A stretch of 64,000 nt of DNA. Source: a virus. Its lineage: Duplodnaviria > Heunggongvirae > Uroviricota > Caudoviricetes. How positions within the stretch are numbered: position 1 is the stretch's first letter; every line of letters starts with the position of its first letter. This document shows positions 63,675 through 64,000 of the stretch, piece by piece. The stretch covers positions 26,145-90,144 of IMG/VR virus record IMGVR_UViG_3300010401_000032. One strand, 5' to 3'. The notes beneath the pieces are model-generated. The model searched no databases, was not told where the DNA came from, and saw only the letters and a list, made by a program, of their open reading frames with translations. The translations under genes were made by a program, and so were the position numbers.

Positions 63675-63985
63675 CGCTTAACTAAATCCCAATTAATCTT
63701 GAGACCTAATCTGTTGGCTTCAAATTTGATTTGTTGTTTTGTTGCACCGTACTTCTTAACACAGAATGTATAGCCGCGATAAACAACGTCTTTTCTGAAA
63801 GCGTCAACGTCAGCGTCCGAAGTTTCTGGCAGACACCATTTAACGTCGGGCTCATCGACTTGCTTCAAAGCGTCGTCCAATTGCTTCTGACTCTTAGCTG
63901 CCTTCTTCCTGATAGCATCCACGTCAATAACTTTTGCCGGCCGATTCATTCTCTCTTGAACTTTTTTATTTTCAAGATCAATCAA
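63671..63985 (-). CDS. hypothetical protein (partial, runs off window)
   Basis: 104 aa in track; continues beyond 64000. Confidence 0.35.
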   Translation of the reverse strand: MIDLENKKVQERMNRPAKVIDVDAIRKKAAKSQKQLDDALKQVDEPDVKWCLPETSDADVDAFRKDVVYRGYTFCVKKYGATKQQIKFEANRLGLKINWDLVKR

Positions 63986-64000
63986 ACGGCGATTCGCGAC

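Noticed and set aside
1-64000. Genome-wide reassignment of TAG (alternative genetic code), suggested by the CUA-anticodon tRNA
   Set aside because: Long late ORFs (621, 654 and 434 aa) are uninterrupted under the standard code. Several well-supported genes terminate with TAG (NAMPT 8091-8093, SbcC-like 44674-44676). Only the PTH2-like gene shows an early in-frame TAG, so a local suppression event is the better model.
1-64000. CRISPR array
   Set aside because: No regularly spaced short direct repeats with unique spacers were seen. The only tandem repeat is the two-module duplication inside the rsr-linked ncRNA (1041-1245).

Overview
This 64-kb window reads as a segment of a large virulent tailed-phage genome; I see no integrase, rRNA or host housekeeping genes. 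Bases 1-51,250 are a plus-strand early/middle region with about 21 tRNA genes between 15.4 and 29.8 kb, interleaved with HNH homing endonucleases and small zinc-ribbon ORFs. That region also carries a Ro60/Rsr (TROVE+vWA) orthologue preceded by a promoter-driven tRNA-like structured RNA that is a Y-RNA candidate. Further along it are an NAD+ salvage set (NAMPT, NMNAT-domain protein, Nudix) and an RNA/tRNA-repair set (Pnk-type kinase, metallophosphoesterase, two Rnl-type ligases, CCA-adding enzyme, second pol-beta NTase, PTH2). Other recognisable early genes are a NADAR hydrolase, an HD-domain alarmone hydrolase, DNA ligase, SSB, dNMP kinase, UDG, Def+Map, PhoH and a sigma-70-family sigma factor. 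Bases 51,252-63,985 are a minus-strand late block (structural and fibre-like proteins, ThyX, RNR, MazG, FAD oxidoreductase). Ten near-consensus sigma-70 promoters (-35 TTGACA/TTGACT/TTGCCA, 16-17 nt spacer, -10 TATAAT/TATACT/TATCAT/TATTAT) were found, several ending 5-8 nt before an ATG so the transcripts would be leaderless. The strongest finding is a perfect-cloverleaf tRNA with anticodon CUA (amber suppressor) 32 nt upstream of a PTH2-like peptidyl-tRNA hydrolase gene whose RBS-ATG is followed by an in-frame TAG at codon 3. Other signals are a 410-nt structured ncRNA co-transcribed with tRNA-Tyr and a tRNA set with non-canonical architecture. All calls are from manual reading of the sequence and the ORF track; tRNA folds were done by hand and need tRNAscan-SE/Infernal confirmation.
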